Positions 20,447 through 30,575 of a stretch of 37,958 bases of DNA are shown here, piece by piece. Where the stretch lies: positions 1-37,958 of the forward strand of contig JAUCBJ010008844.1 of assembly GCA_032718475.1 (NCBI GenBank). The letters are read 5' to 3'. The DNA is from Nemertoderma westbladi. Lineage: Eukaryota > Animalia > Xenacoelomorpha. The notes under the pieces are model-generated. The model did not search any database, had not been told where the DNA came from, and worked only from the letters and a program-made list of their open reading frames with translations. Positions within the stretch are counted from its first letter, which is position 1, and each line of letters begins with the position of its first letter. The position numbers and the translations under genes were made by a program.

Positions 20447-23400
20447 AGAAAATGGGATTTAAGTCTATAAAATATAACAAATCACAGTTTCTAAAATATA
20501 AAGATACTCTAAACAGTTAGTCTTTCTTACGCAGACGGCGTTTACGCAGTTTTTTGAGGCTAGCAAGAGTCTTTTTCTCTTTGGGGGGAGCCACTTTACT
20601 AGGAGGGCCATAACTCCTGGGTGAAGGGTGCAATATGATTGCATCAGAAGGTGTAGGATTATGGTCGAGGTATCTGCCGTTTCGATATGCTTCTCCTCGA
20701 GCTGATTTTCCTCCGCTCGTAGCTGGATACGTTCATCCAAAAACTCTCGCAGAGAATAGGATCGTCCAAGTTCGATAACTTCTTAGAGATTCTGGATTTC
20801 CCAATCGAATTGAGATAAGGCCAATTCGTTTATCGATTGGACTTACTGTTATAACTTACGTTTATCTGAACAAACGCAGGTTTCTTTTTTGATCTTTATA
20901 GAATAGCGTTTAACTCGTTTCGTACAACGCTCTCCTTCACCTTGATGAGGGGTTGTATCGCGTTAAACGGGGACGACCATACGGTTGGATAGTGATATTA
21001 GGTGTCCGCGTCACAATCCGGCTAGGTAAGATGGGCGGCTAGCTAGAAATCACTGTCGGAGTGTTACCGATTAATTGTTAGGGTAGCACTAGATCTTTGA
21101 ACAGTGAATACAGTCCGCGAGGATCCGCGACACCACCAGGATCGCAGGTCTGAGGTCCAACTAAGGAATGAGGAGGTTTGACCGAGTATTCCGGGACTCT
21201 GATCGTAGGTTTACTCCAGGATCGTTCGAGCCGAGTGAGCATAGGTGATACGTCAACAAGTTTCGGTTTACGTGGATGTTTATGTCTTTCCGTTTATTAG
21301 TTGGGTCTAGGGCATTTATCGTAATAATACCAAAGACGCACGTCTGGTAGGGTAAACGCGGGTGATATTTATTTGTTGTTACAATGCTTCTATCAAGAAT
21401 TCCAAATATACGTTGGAGTTACCGCGTCCATTTGTTTCTTTAGTGTCTTTTCTTTCGAGTCGGTTTCGAATAGAATTTTCGCATTCGAATTTCAGTTTAT
21501 GGTTCCGACTCCGCTGGGCAGGATATATAGTCGACATAGTCCGTATTGTGTAAATCGATAGGATGACCAGTAGTTAAGAAGCCCATATACGTACCATTAC
21601 GCCGCGTATATCGAGCAGCGAATTTTCTATAGCCCAACTCGTGCGAGCTGCTCTTGGGACATTGGCGGTTCGATATAACGACCATCGTCCTCCGCAGCAG
21701 TTGGACTAACGTCGCCGCGTATTAAGCTATCAACAAACGCTTGTAAAAGTAGAGTATATCGCTCCCCGATACCAAGACCATCTTCTAGCAACTCCGTCAT
21801 ATCTGCTATATATGAGTTTATCCATATTATAATGAGTTTATATTTAGGCGAGCGGGCGTCGCTGCCTACCCCAATCAGCCCCCGGACAGTGCGAGATCCT
21901 CAGCGCCGATGTGTCGTCGCCGCTGTACTTTCGCCAACGACGTAGCCGCACAACGACAACGACAACCGGCACAAGTCACTCGACTGTCCGTCCCAAAGGC
22001 TTAGATACACCTCAGGTTCTTACTGGTTACTTTCAGGTTTTACTTACTGGTCCTCAGGTTACTTTCACGATTGCGACTCGCTACTGTAAACACACCTTAG
22101 TAGTAACATTCGCCTATAAACTCACAAATACCACACACACAACTTGTCACAAATTACACACACTCGGGTCACTTGTCCGTTAGTCAATGCCTTCCAGAAT
22201 GTCACTGTATTACTATGTATCCTTGGATACTAGCAGTGCGCTATTTATTCCCTATGCTATTCAATGGGACAAGCTTTCTATTGTTCTTTTAACTCAATTC
22301 TAATTCTAGCGTGGTTGTTGCTATGGTGACATTATGCAAAGCTAGCGGTAGAATTAGGGTAATTCCAATGCATACAGATCTGGGATGTTATTTAATAGTA
22401 ATTCTTTAATGGTCAATGTCCTGTTTTATACATGACTTTATGAATTTTATCGGCTATTGACTATGTTTGGGAGACTTTCGCACACTCATACGCATAATAA
22501 GATAAATCTCCGCTCCCTTGATCTATTAATTAATGGAATTTTGGGAATGTTATAAATTGCGTAAAAATGGCAATTTATTAAATTCATTAAAAGGCATGAA
22601 TTTAAATTTATTCCCTGAAATTTTATTATTTGATAATTAAATGGACATATTTTGAGTCTAGAACATGTCTGGGGACACAAGATCCTTAATTCTATGAAAA
22701 TTGTCCTTTTAAGAATATCGGTAAATGCTACGATATCTTAATTGACTAGAATTGTTGAAGGATCTGATTTTTACAGAGTTGATTTATTAGATTTGCAAAT
22801 ATTAAATAATTAATATTTGAGATGGGCACCGATTTATTCCAGAACTTGTCTGGGGACGTTAACCACTGATTCTAGAATTTGTCTTTCAAGTATATCGGTG
22901 GGTGCCGCGATATCTTAATCGACTAGAATTACAGATGGTCAAAGGGTTTAACAGATTTATTTTGCGTTATACGCTACTGTTAAAGGGACATCACGCTACT
23001 ATATGTATTACTTAATATACGGTATGAGAGCAATATCGCACGAAGCAATGTCAGTGTGAAGAGGCAAGTCGTTTCCAAGGTCTACCCAGAGCTTGGTTTA
23101 GCCGAGACACGAGGATCTGAACTTTGCATTCCTAATACTCTGCCTACCAATAATACTTAAATATAGTAGTGGCTTTATTGTACTTTAATAAGTACGGATA
23201 TTTCATCTTACTGTAGTCACGTATTTATAATATGATACGGGCTGTAAGGAAAGAGAAAAAGAATTATTTCTCGCCGTCGCACTAAATATATAATATACGT
23301 AATTAAATAATAAACGCGAATATATATTGCACTAATCTACTAAATAATCTCTAAAATACCATACTACTAAATAAAATTAAATAAAACGATTAAAATAAAA

Positions 23401-23477
23401 TTACATAATAATACATACATAAATATAAAATAAAACAAATACAAAATAATAGAGTCACACACCCACTCCATATGTTG

Positions 23478-26400
23478 TTACGTTATGGAGTCCCTAGATG
23501 TTTGAAGGATTAGGGAGGTGGTCGTGGGAAGAGAATCTTGCCTTCCACAGTTTCCGGAGAGTCCTCCATTCCCTTCCGGTAAACACAAACGACCGACTGG
23601 GTGATTGAGTCGCTGCATCCCGAATACAATTCCAGGTTTCCTCTTCGTCCTGGAATAGTGACGATAGAAACATCGCTCTAGGTACACGACGGCCTTACAA
23701 AGCCGATTCCAGGAGCTATAGTGGTCCGTCGCTCCCTGCAGGAGAGGTGAGAGTCCCTGCGAGACGTCTGATGTTCCAGAGCTCCAATCGCTCTCTCTGA
23801 TCTTCATGAAGGATCCACTCGCGGTGGGGAGGTCCAGATCCACGGCGTCGTCCCTGGCAATATGTAATACCGACAGATCTATCCCGGGTTCAAATAACTC
23901 CGATCCACCCGTCCGGGTTTTAGGTTTGACTTTCTCCGCTCCCTTGGCTGGTCTAATCTCAGTCGGAGTAAGATGGGGAGGCCATTCATCCTCCTTACTC
24001 AGGAAGTCGGGTTCACCTAACCGGTCTGTAGTATCTGTCAGTTCTTGAGGAGTTGCTCCTCTGGAAGCGATGTCAGTTGGATTAAACTTCTTGGGGCAAT
24101 ATCTCCATTGATCTACATTGGAGCTAATATTGTCATTATCTGAGGAGTATGGTGTTCCCTCAGTTGGGTCATCTCCCTCACTAGTATCATCTTCCCATTC
24201 ACTCACCTGGCAGACGCGATCTTGAAGCAGTCTTTCTCTGAGCGTTCTTCGGGAAGGTCCAGTAAGGTACCAACCTACTCTAGTTCTTACCGCATAGGTC
24301 TGAAGTGGTTGCGGTTGAGCAGGTCGTTTCTCCAATGTCTCCAGCGCCTCATGCGCGTTTTGACCGATTAATATTTGTACTCCAGGATAATCGGTGTCGA
24401 ATCTAGGAATGTTAAGTTGTTGGGCATGATCATCTTCGTCCCAATTATAAGGTTCCACTTGGGTGGTAGCGAAGTTCTTTATTGCCACCATTTTGACTGA
24501 CCTTATACTGTGTTCTCCTAGTTTATCCTGTGGAGTGGACAACTCACCTATATAATAGTCGGCAGCCACAGCAGATTTCCAAACCTGCATGATCCCTGAC
24601 ATGTTTAGCTTGGTTCGGAACTTGGGTTGTCCAGCAAAGATGTCTTCGGCTAGTTCTTTATCGATGAATGTTCCTGTGCTGCCGGAGTCCAGGAGGGCGT
24701 TCACTATATAGCTCTTCTGAGGTCCGTGGACCCGTAACTGGACTACAGGAAATTCTCGGATTCCTACATTTGAAGTTGGCGCTTTCCAAGATTGTTGTTG
24801 ATCTGAAGTAGTTAGGGTGAGGTCGCTGTCTGTGTCTTTCTCATACATGAGTGCTCGATACACTGCGGTGGTGTTTATTAAGTAACAGGATTCGTTTTGG
24901 TCGGAGAATTCGTCCGTATAGAATCCTTCCATCTCAGATTGATCAGTGTCGTTCACATCACTGAATTGGACATGTAGTTCGGAATCACTCACCTGACTCG
25001 GACTATTTCGCTCGAATTCAGTGTGCAACAAGATATGATGTTTCGCACCGCACTTTGCACACCTTGCGTCGGAGTAACAGGTTCGCCGTTGGTGTCCTCG
25101 TCTGAGGCAATTATAACACAACCGCTTATCCCACATGACTTCCCGTCTCTCTTTTAATGATTTCTTTAAGAATTTATCACACGCATTTAAACGGTGGGGC
25201 CCGTCGCACAGCACACATTTGGGCTTGATGTTACTTACTTTAACATGTGCTGTGTGGTGCACGTTCGTTCTTTCCTCGGGCTTTCTCACCTGAATTCTCT
25301 TGGGAGACGTAGGAGGAGTTTTTCTTACCTGTTCTCTCCTGTCATTGGTTCGAGACTTGAATTTACTTACCTGGTCTTTAGGCGTTTTATTGACATAAGA
25401 TCTTTCAGTGTCTTTCCCGCTATCCTCTCCTTGAGAAGTCTGGCTTTCGCCGTCGTCTGTATAACACACTGGTGTTACCCTTCTCCTAGAAACGGGTTTC
25501 TCACTTACCTTGTTTTCCAGTGTCTTCTCTCTGGACTGCCTTAGGAGCTGTAATTTCACTTCTCCATCTAAGAATGACATGAGATCAGCCATGGTAGGGT
25601 CTCGTCGTTGTTGTTCCATCATATATAACACTTTCTTATCCCAGCGTGTACCTACTCCACCCTTCAGTAAAGTAGAAGCCACTGCTCTTATAACCATAGT
25701 ATTCTGATACTCATGAGACTTACCTAGCCAATCTAATTGTCTGCAGATCTCCTGAATCTCATCGGAAAACTCTATAATTCCGCTGCTAATAAACTTTCGG
25801 GGCGCTACCAACTTTGCATACAAATACCCAGCTATGTTATTCCTATTACCATACCTGATGTTTAGTGTATCCCAAACTTGTCTTAATCCGTCTGGATGTC
25901 CAATAAACTTTAACGCCATTAACTTGGGAGATCCTTCCAAGCATTCGATGAGGAATCTAAGTTTCTCTCCATTAGATAGCACAGAGTTCTGTATGTTAAC
26001 TTTGTAATATTCATTAAAAGGTAACCATTTCATCTCATCTCCATTGAACTTGACGATCTCTCCCACCTTTACCGCTTGCCGGGCTTCGGTTCTAGCCATT
26101 TGACGCGTAAAACTTTCTTGGGCCATCGTGTTATTTAATATCGAGTTATCGGTATATAAATTTCTCGGATTATGATCCGTTCTATATGGAATATCATTAT
26201 CAACAGGTCTATAATTACCCTTAATAGGGTTCACTATAGGAGTTTCTACTTCGCTAGCAGTATAGATGCGTGTAGGCTCCACACCTTGCGCATGCGATAC
26301 TTCAGACCTAACAGGTTGACACATTGTTACAGAGGGTGGTGGTATACCCTTTTGGGTATTTACTAATTTATCGCGTTCTAGCGCGATACTTTGCTGCACT

Positions 26401-28394
26401 TCTTGCAACTCTAGCCTACTTTCCCTTACTGTGCCTTTGAATTGTCGAACAGTCTCCTGCATCTGTCCGAGCAGGAGATCCATTCCCCGTCGTCTCTCGT
26501 CCACCCATTCGACCGCCGAAGCGGGAGTCGCCAACGTTGTAGCGGGCGGACGAGGGACAACGGGCGACAAATCATGAATATTTCGCTCGGGGTCCAGGAC
26601 CTGAACTGTCTTCTGGGCAGTTCTACTGGGCACAGGTAGCTTAGTGCTATGCAGAGGGAATTTAGAGGTAGTTTCAGGGAGCACAGGTGTGTCTATCACC
26701 GAAGGGGTGATTTCAAGAACAGGCCTAATTATTTCAGGCTCATCTACTATAGTAGGGAGTCTTTCTATTTTAATTGTTTGGTCTGTGGGTTCTGTACTAC
26801 CTAAGTTGGTGTTATTTAGTTGCCTTCTAACAGCTGGAGGCAAATCAGGCAATTTCTGACGGTGGAACGTTCTTTTACGTCTGCTTAGACGAGATCTATT
26901 TCCTTTGCCTTCAGTATCGGTGGTATCGCCTTCCTCAGATGATGTATATCCCTGCCTTTTGGGAGTAGATCGATTCATCATCTGCATATTACTAGCTGTT
27001 AACTGTTTATTTATGCAGTCTTGATTCTCCTGAATGTTTTCCAATTCTAATTGGGTGGTTTCTTCAGCCGCTCTCCGTTCTGCTTCTGCCACTGCCTCCG
27101 CCACTTTTCTTTCCGCTTCGGCCGCTGCCTTTGCCTCTGCCGCTGCCACTTTTGCCTCTGCCGCTGCCTCTTTTCTTTCTGCTTCTGCAGCTGCCACTGC
27201 TGCTGCTACTGCCGCTGCCTTTCTGTCTTCTATACGTTTTTTCTTTACTTGTTCTTCTTGGACTCTGGTGATGCGGAGTTGTTCATCAAATTTAGCCTGG
27301 TTCGCAGCCCTCATTTCCACATCGATGGCATCCAACACAAGCTTGGTTCCTTCACTATTAGGGCTAAGTCCCTCTAACCTTCTCCTCAACTCGTCATCAC
27401 CTAAAAAACGTTGATAGTCTGACAGATAGATGTCAATGGCATCCCTCTTATGCGGTTTCTCTGCCGTCGCTTCACTTTCCACTTGGGAAAAAGTAGCGTC
27501 TGTTGATTCTCCATGGGTTGAGCGCTCCTCTAGCTGAGCTTTCCACTGAGCTGTTCCTTGAACCTGGAGACTCACCCTTTGAAACCAAGTCTTTACGGCA
27601 ACTTGCAACGACGTGTCTTGCCTTCGTTTAGAAGCCTCCTCAAAGGCCGATAATATTAGCCTGATTCGTAGAATTCTTTCTCTAACTTGATAAAGCAGTT
27701 GTCCCTGCTCTTGAGGTCCTTGTGGTTGTTGAAACAGTTGTTTTTCTACTCGCTCCATAGAGCTGAAGAATCCCTGTGCGTATCCGGCTGCGGACCTCTT
27801 CCACACAGCTGGATCGATGGTTTCCTTGGCTACTCCCATCCGGTGTATGTCTTCCCAGGCAGCTTCTGATAAATCAAACGGGAGTCCGGGTCCGGGGAAG
27901 TTCCATTGCGACTCGACAATAGACTTCAGTTCTTCACTCGTGTATCCCGCATAATTATCTTTAGTTGATCGTTGACTTCTCGCCCAATCGATCTGGTGTT
28001 CTTCCACTGCAATCAATAACCTAGTGAGTACGGCTGCAGGAAGGATGAGAAGGGGATCCGAATAAACCGCTTCCGTCATCTTTGCTCCGCGCTCGGGTGT
28101 CAGCTCTACAGTATCCTCACTACTGGAGCTGTTGGGCCGTTGAGAAATAAGTTCTTGGCTAGCGGGTTGTTGCTGTTCTGCTGCTTCTTGGTCCCGCTTG
28201 ACCTGAGCTCGAGTGCCTATGATAGACCTACGATGTTGGACCAGCCTAGGTTCCGTTATTACTACTGGAGGGATGACCTTCCTCACAGTGGGAGGTGAAC
28301 TGAACTTACGACTAGACGGTTCTACGTCTCTATCTGAGTCGCAGATAGTTACATCTAATAAACTGTCTGACAGGTTCTGCTTAGTATCAGACAT
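23478..28394 (-). CDS. BEL/Pao Gag-aspartic protease polyprotein (1638 aa) with only remnants of Pol
   Basis: DUF1759-like capsid region (KFNGDEMKWLPF...LSNGEKLRFLIECLEG); BEL triple zinc knuckle (CVLCDGPHRLNAC, CYNCLRRGHQRRTC, CAKCGAKHHILLH); protease ALLDSGS...ILIG; TRVGWYLTGP; then WRYCPKKFNPTDIASRG. No YxDD RT motif and no HHCC/DDE integrase seen. Confidence 0.92.
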   Translation of the reverse strand: MSDTKQNLSDSLLDVTICDSDRDVEPSSRKFSSPPTVRKVIPPVVITEPRLVQHRRSIIGTRAQVKRDQEAAEQQQPASQELISQRPNSSSSEDTVELTPERGAKMTEAVYSDPLLILPAAVLTRLLIAVEEHQIDWARSQRSTKDNYAGYTSEELKSIVESQWNFPGPGLPFDLSEAAWEDIHRMGVAKETIDPAVWKRSAAGYAQGFFSSMERVEKQLFQQPQGPQEQGQLLYQVRERILRIRLILSAFEEASKRRQDTSLQVAVKTWFQRVSLQVQGTAQWKAQLEERSTHGESTDATFSQVESEATAEKPHKRDAIDIYLSDYQRFLGDDELRRRLEGLSPNSEGTKLVLDAIDVEMRAANQAKFDEQLRITRVQEEQVKKKRIEDRKAAAVAAAVAAAEAERKEAAAEAKVAAAEAKAAAEAERKVAEAVAEAERRAAEETTQLELENIQENQDCINKQLTASNMQMMNRSTPKRQGYTSSEEGDTTDTEGKGNRSRLSRRKRTFHRQKLPDLPPAVRRQLNNTNLGSTEPTDQTIKIERLPTIVDEPEIIRPVLEITPSVIDTPVLPETTSKFPLHSTKLPVPSRTAQKTVQVLDPERNIHDLSPVVPRPPATTLATPASAVEWVDERRRGMDLLLGQMQETVRQFKGTVRESRLELQEVQQSIALERDKLVNTQKGIPPPSVTMCQPVRSEVSHAQGVEPTRIYTASEVETPIVNPIKGNYRPVDNDIPYRTDHNPRNLYTDNSILNNTMAQESFTRQMARTEARQAVKVGEIVKFNGDEMKWLPFNEYYKVNIQNSVLSNGEKLRFLIECLEGSPKLMALKFIGHPDGLRQVWDTLNIRYGNRNNIAGYLYAKLVAPRKFISSGIIEFSDEIQEICRQLDWLGKSHEYQNTMVIRAVASTLLKGGVGTRWDKKVLYMMEQQRRDPTMADLMSFLDGEVKLQLLRQSREKTLENKVSEKPVSRRRVTPVCYTDDGESQTSQGEDSGKDTERSYVNKTPKDQVSKFKSRTNDRREQVRKTPPTSPKRIQVRKPEERTNVHHTAHVKVSNIKPKCVLCDGPHRLNACDKFLKKSLKERREVMWDKRLCYNCLRRGHQRRTCYSDARCAKCGAKHHILLHTEFERNSPSQVSDSELHVQFSDVNDTDQSEMEGFYTDEFSDQNESCYLINTTAVYRALMYEKDTDSDLTLTTSDQQQSWKAPTSNVGIREFPVVQLRVHGPQKSYIVNALLDSGSTGTFIDKELAEDIFAGQPKFRTKLNMSGIMQVWKSAVAADYYIGELSTPQDKLGEHSIRSVKMVAIKNFATTQVEPYNWDEDDHAQQLNIPRFDTDYPGVQILIGQNAHEALETLEKRPAQPQPLQTYAVRTRVGWYLTGPSRRTLRERLLQDRVCQVSEWEDDTSEGDDPTEGTPYSSDNDNISSNVDQWRYCPKKFNPTDIASRGATPQELTDTTDRLGEPDFLSKEDEWPPHLTPTEIRPAKGAEKVKPKTRTGGSELFEPGIDLSVLHIARDDAVDLDLPTASGSFMKIRESDWSSGTSDVSQGLSPLLQGATDHYSSWNRLCKAVVYLERCFYRHYSRTKRKPGIVFGMQRLNHPVGRLCLPEGNGGLSGNCGRQDSLPTTTSLILQTSRDSIT

Positions 28395-29717
28395 GTTTAT
28401 GTGTACAGTTGAATGTCTACTGCTGCATTACAGTCTGAGCAAGTCTAGTAACTCAGTATTAACTGCTAGCCTAGTAATTAATTACCGGTACTGCTACTCA
28501 GTGCAGCGTGATATATATAATATATTAGAATACCGGTATGCTTATAGTATATATAACTATATAAGTATTATTACAGACTAGGTTTATCACAGAATACCGG
28601 TAAAATTTTAGCACAAATATATATAAATATATAATAGGCCTATCGGGAATACCGGTATACAGCTTACAGTTTGTAGTATATATAAGTATAATTCTGGACT
28701 AGAATTAATTATAAAGTACCGGTATAATTTCAGCCTAAATTTATAGAAATAAAGATAATAGGCCTATCGTAAATACCGGTATATCAATTATTTTAAATAA
28801 TTGAATTTCTGAATTTTAGGGTTACTTGGTTACTTTACTTACTTTATTACCGTTATTTGAGCAGTAATCCAACTGATATTGAGACCTAATGGTTGTATGG
28901 TAGGCCTACTATTTATAAATCGTTAGATTTGATTTATAATATATATATACCCGTTTTAATGGGTTTTGTCAATGTTTGAAATAAATGTTATTATTTCTGG
29001 GAAGTAATCACTACACAAAGCGGTGCGCTTTCAGTGAAGTGTTACTTATAGGACACTAAAACAAATAATGCTAATTTACCTAAGTTACTTAATACTACAA
29101 ATTACGTACAATTCGGGTGAGATTACAATCTCTAAATAAACACAAAAATTTACAAAAACACAAAATACGAATTTTCAGGGTAATTTTACAAGAAGTCTAC
29201 AAACCAGCCTAACAAAGGGTTAGAATCTGGTTATTACAACTGACAGGGTACTGCGGTATTTGAAAATAATACGTAGTAGTAAATACACTGCGTTGTCCAG
29301 ATAGGAAAATACCACCGCCTGACGACCTATAGCCGTATCGCTATAGGTACTACGTTATGTATCACGGAGTGTTCCTACCTAGAAGTTAATAGAGCTAATC
29401 GAAAGTGCCTATCAACCACTTTACAACACAAATATAATGCCTACACTAATTACTCTCGGAAAGCACTGTACACTAAACCCTAAATTAGGTACGAGTACTT
29501 GTACAACATATAATCAGTAGTTAAATATACTTGAACAGCTAAAAGAACCACGGCATCTGCTGGAGTGACCGGTGCACACAATCACCAGTCTTTACCTACG
29601 CCAAGCAGCCCGTGTAGTACCGGGGTTAATTTAACTATAGCGGTATGTATAACAAACACAATTATTGTAGGAACAAACTTGGGGAATGAATGTTGCGAAT
29701 AATCGCATAAACTCTGA

Positions 29718-30290
29718 ATAATAAATATTACGCTACGCGTACAAACCACTCAAACAAAATGCAGACCAAACACTGACAGACTACTATCAAGCCTAAATAA
29801 ACTACAGGACATGCAGACTCCGAAATGATTAGGTAGTATGCGTTCTAACCCAGTAGTACGACTTATTCTTTAGTTGGGGGTTTACCTTACAGCATTGGCT
29901 GCCCCTACTTCCTAACCGTTCTTTATCGGACAGAGGCTCTATACACACTGCAATCCGTTCAGACCTAATAACAGCCAGACAACTATCCAGCCTACAAATT
30001 ATCTAAATAAATATTATACGCTACCCGTACAGACTTACACAAACAAAGTACAGACTAAACGATGGCAGACTACTCTCAAGCCTAAATAAACTACAGGACA
30101 TGCAGACTCCGAAATGATTAGGTAGTATGCGTTCTAACCCAGTAGTACGACTTATTCTTTAGTTGGGGGTTTACCTTACAGCAATTGGCTGCCCCTACTT
30201 CCTAACCGTTCTTTATCGGACAGGTGATCTACACACACTGCAATCCGTTCAGACTTAACAACAATCAGACAACAGCTCAGCCTACAAATT
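29718..30290. repeat. ~289-bp tandem duplication in the LTR element's 5' leader
   Basis: CAAGCCTAAATAAACTACAGGACATGCAG... at 29788 and 30077, near-identical core with more diverged flanks. Confidence 0.9.
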
Positions 30291-30563
30291 GTCTGTACAA
30301 TCTGATCAGGCTTACACGCCTTCTGTTCAATACTGGCCTACAAACAAATAAAACTTGACAGAAATAAGTAAAAATCTCAATAAAAAACCAGGGCGGGCCC
30401 TCCCTGATTAATTATTAAGGCCTACCGGTATATAATTATCAAAATCGAATAATACTGCTGTACCTGTACTGCTGTAGGTACCGGTCCGGGTGGTTAGGTA
30501 GTCAGGCCTACTGGGTACCGGTTGCCGGTACTTCCGCTTTATTGCCTACTGCAATACAGAAGC

Positions 30564-30575
30564 TATATCCGTTAT
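30564..30575 (-). promoter_or_regulatory. Primer-binding-site position, non-tRNA type (ATAACGGATATA), complementary to an LTR-internal 12-mer
   Basis: Abuts the terminal CA of the 5' LTR; lacks TGG; exact inverted repeat of 31308-31319. Confidence 0.6.
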
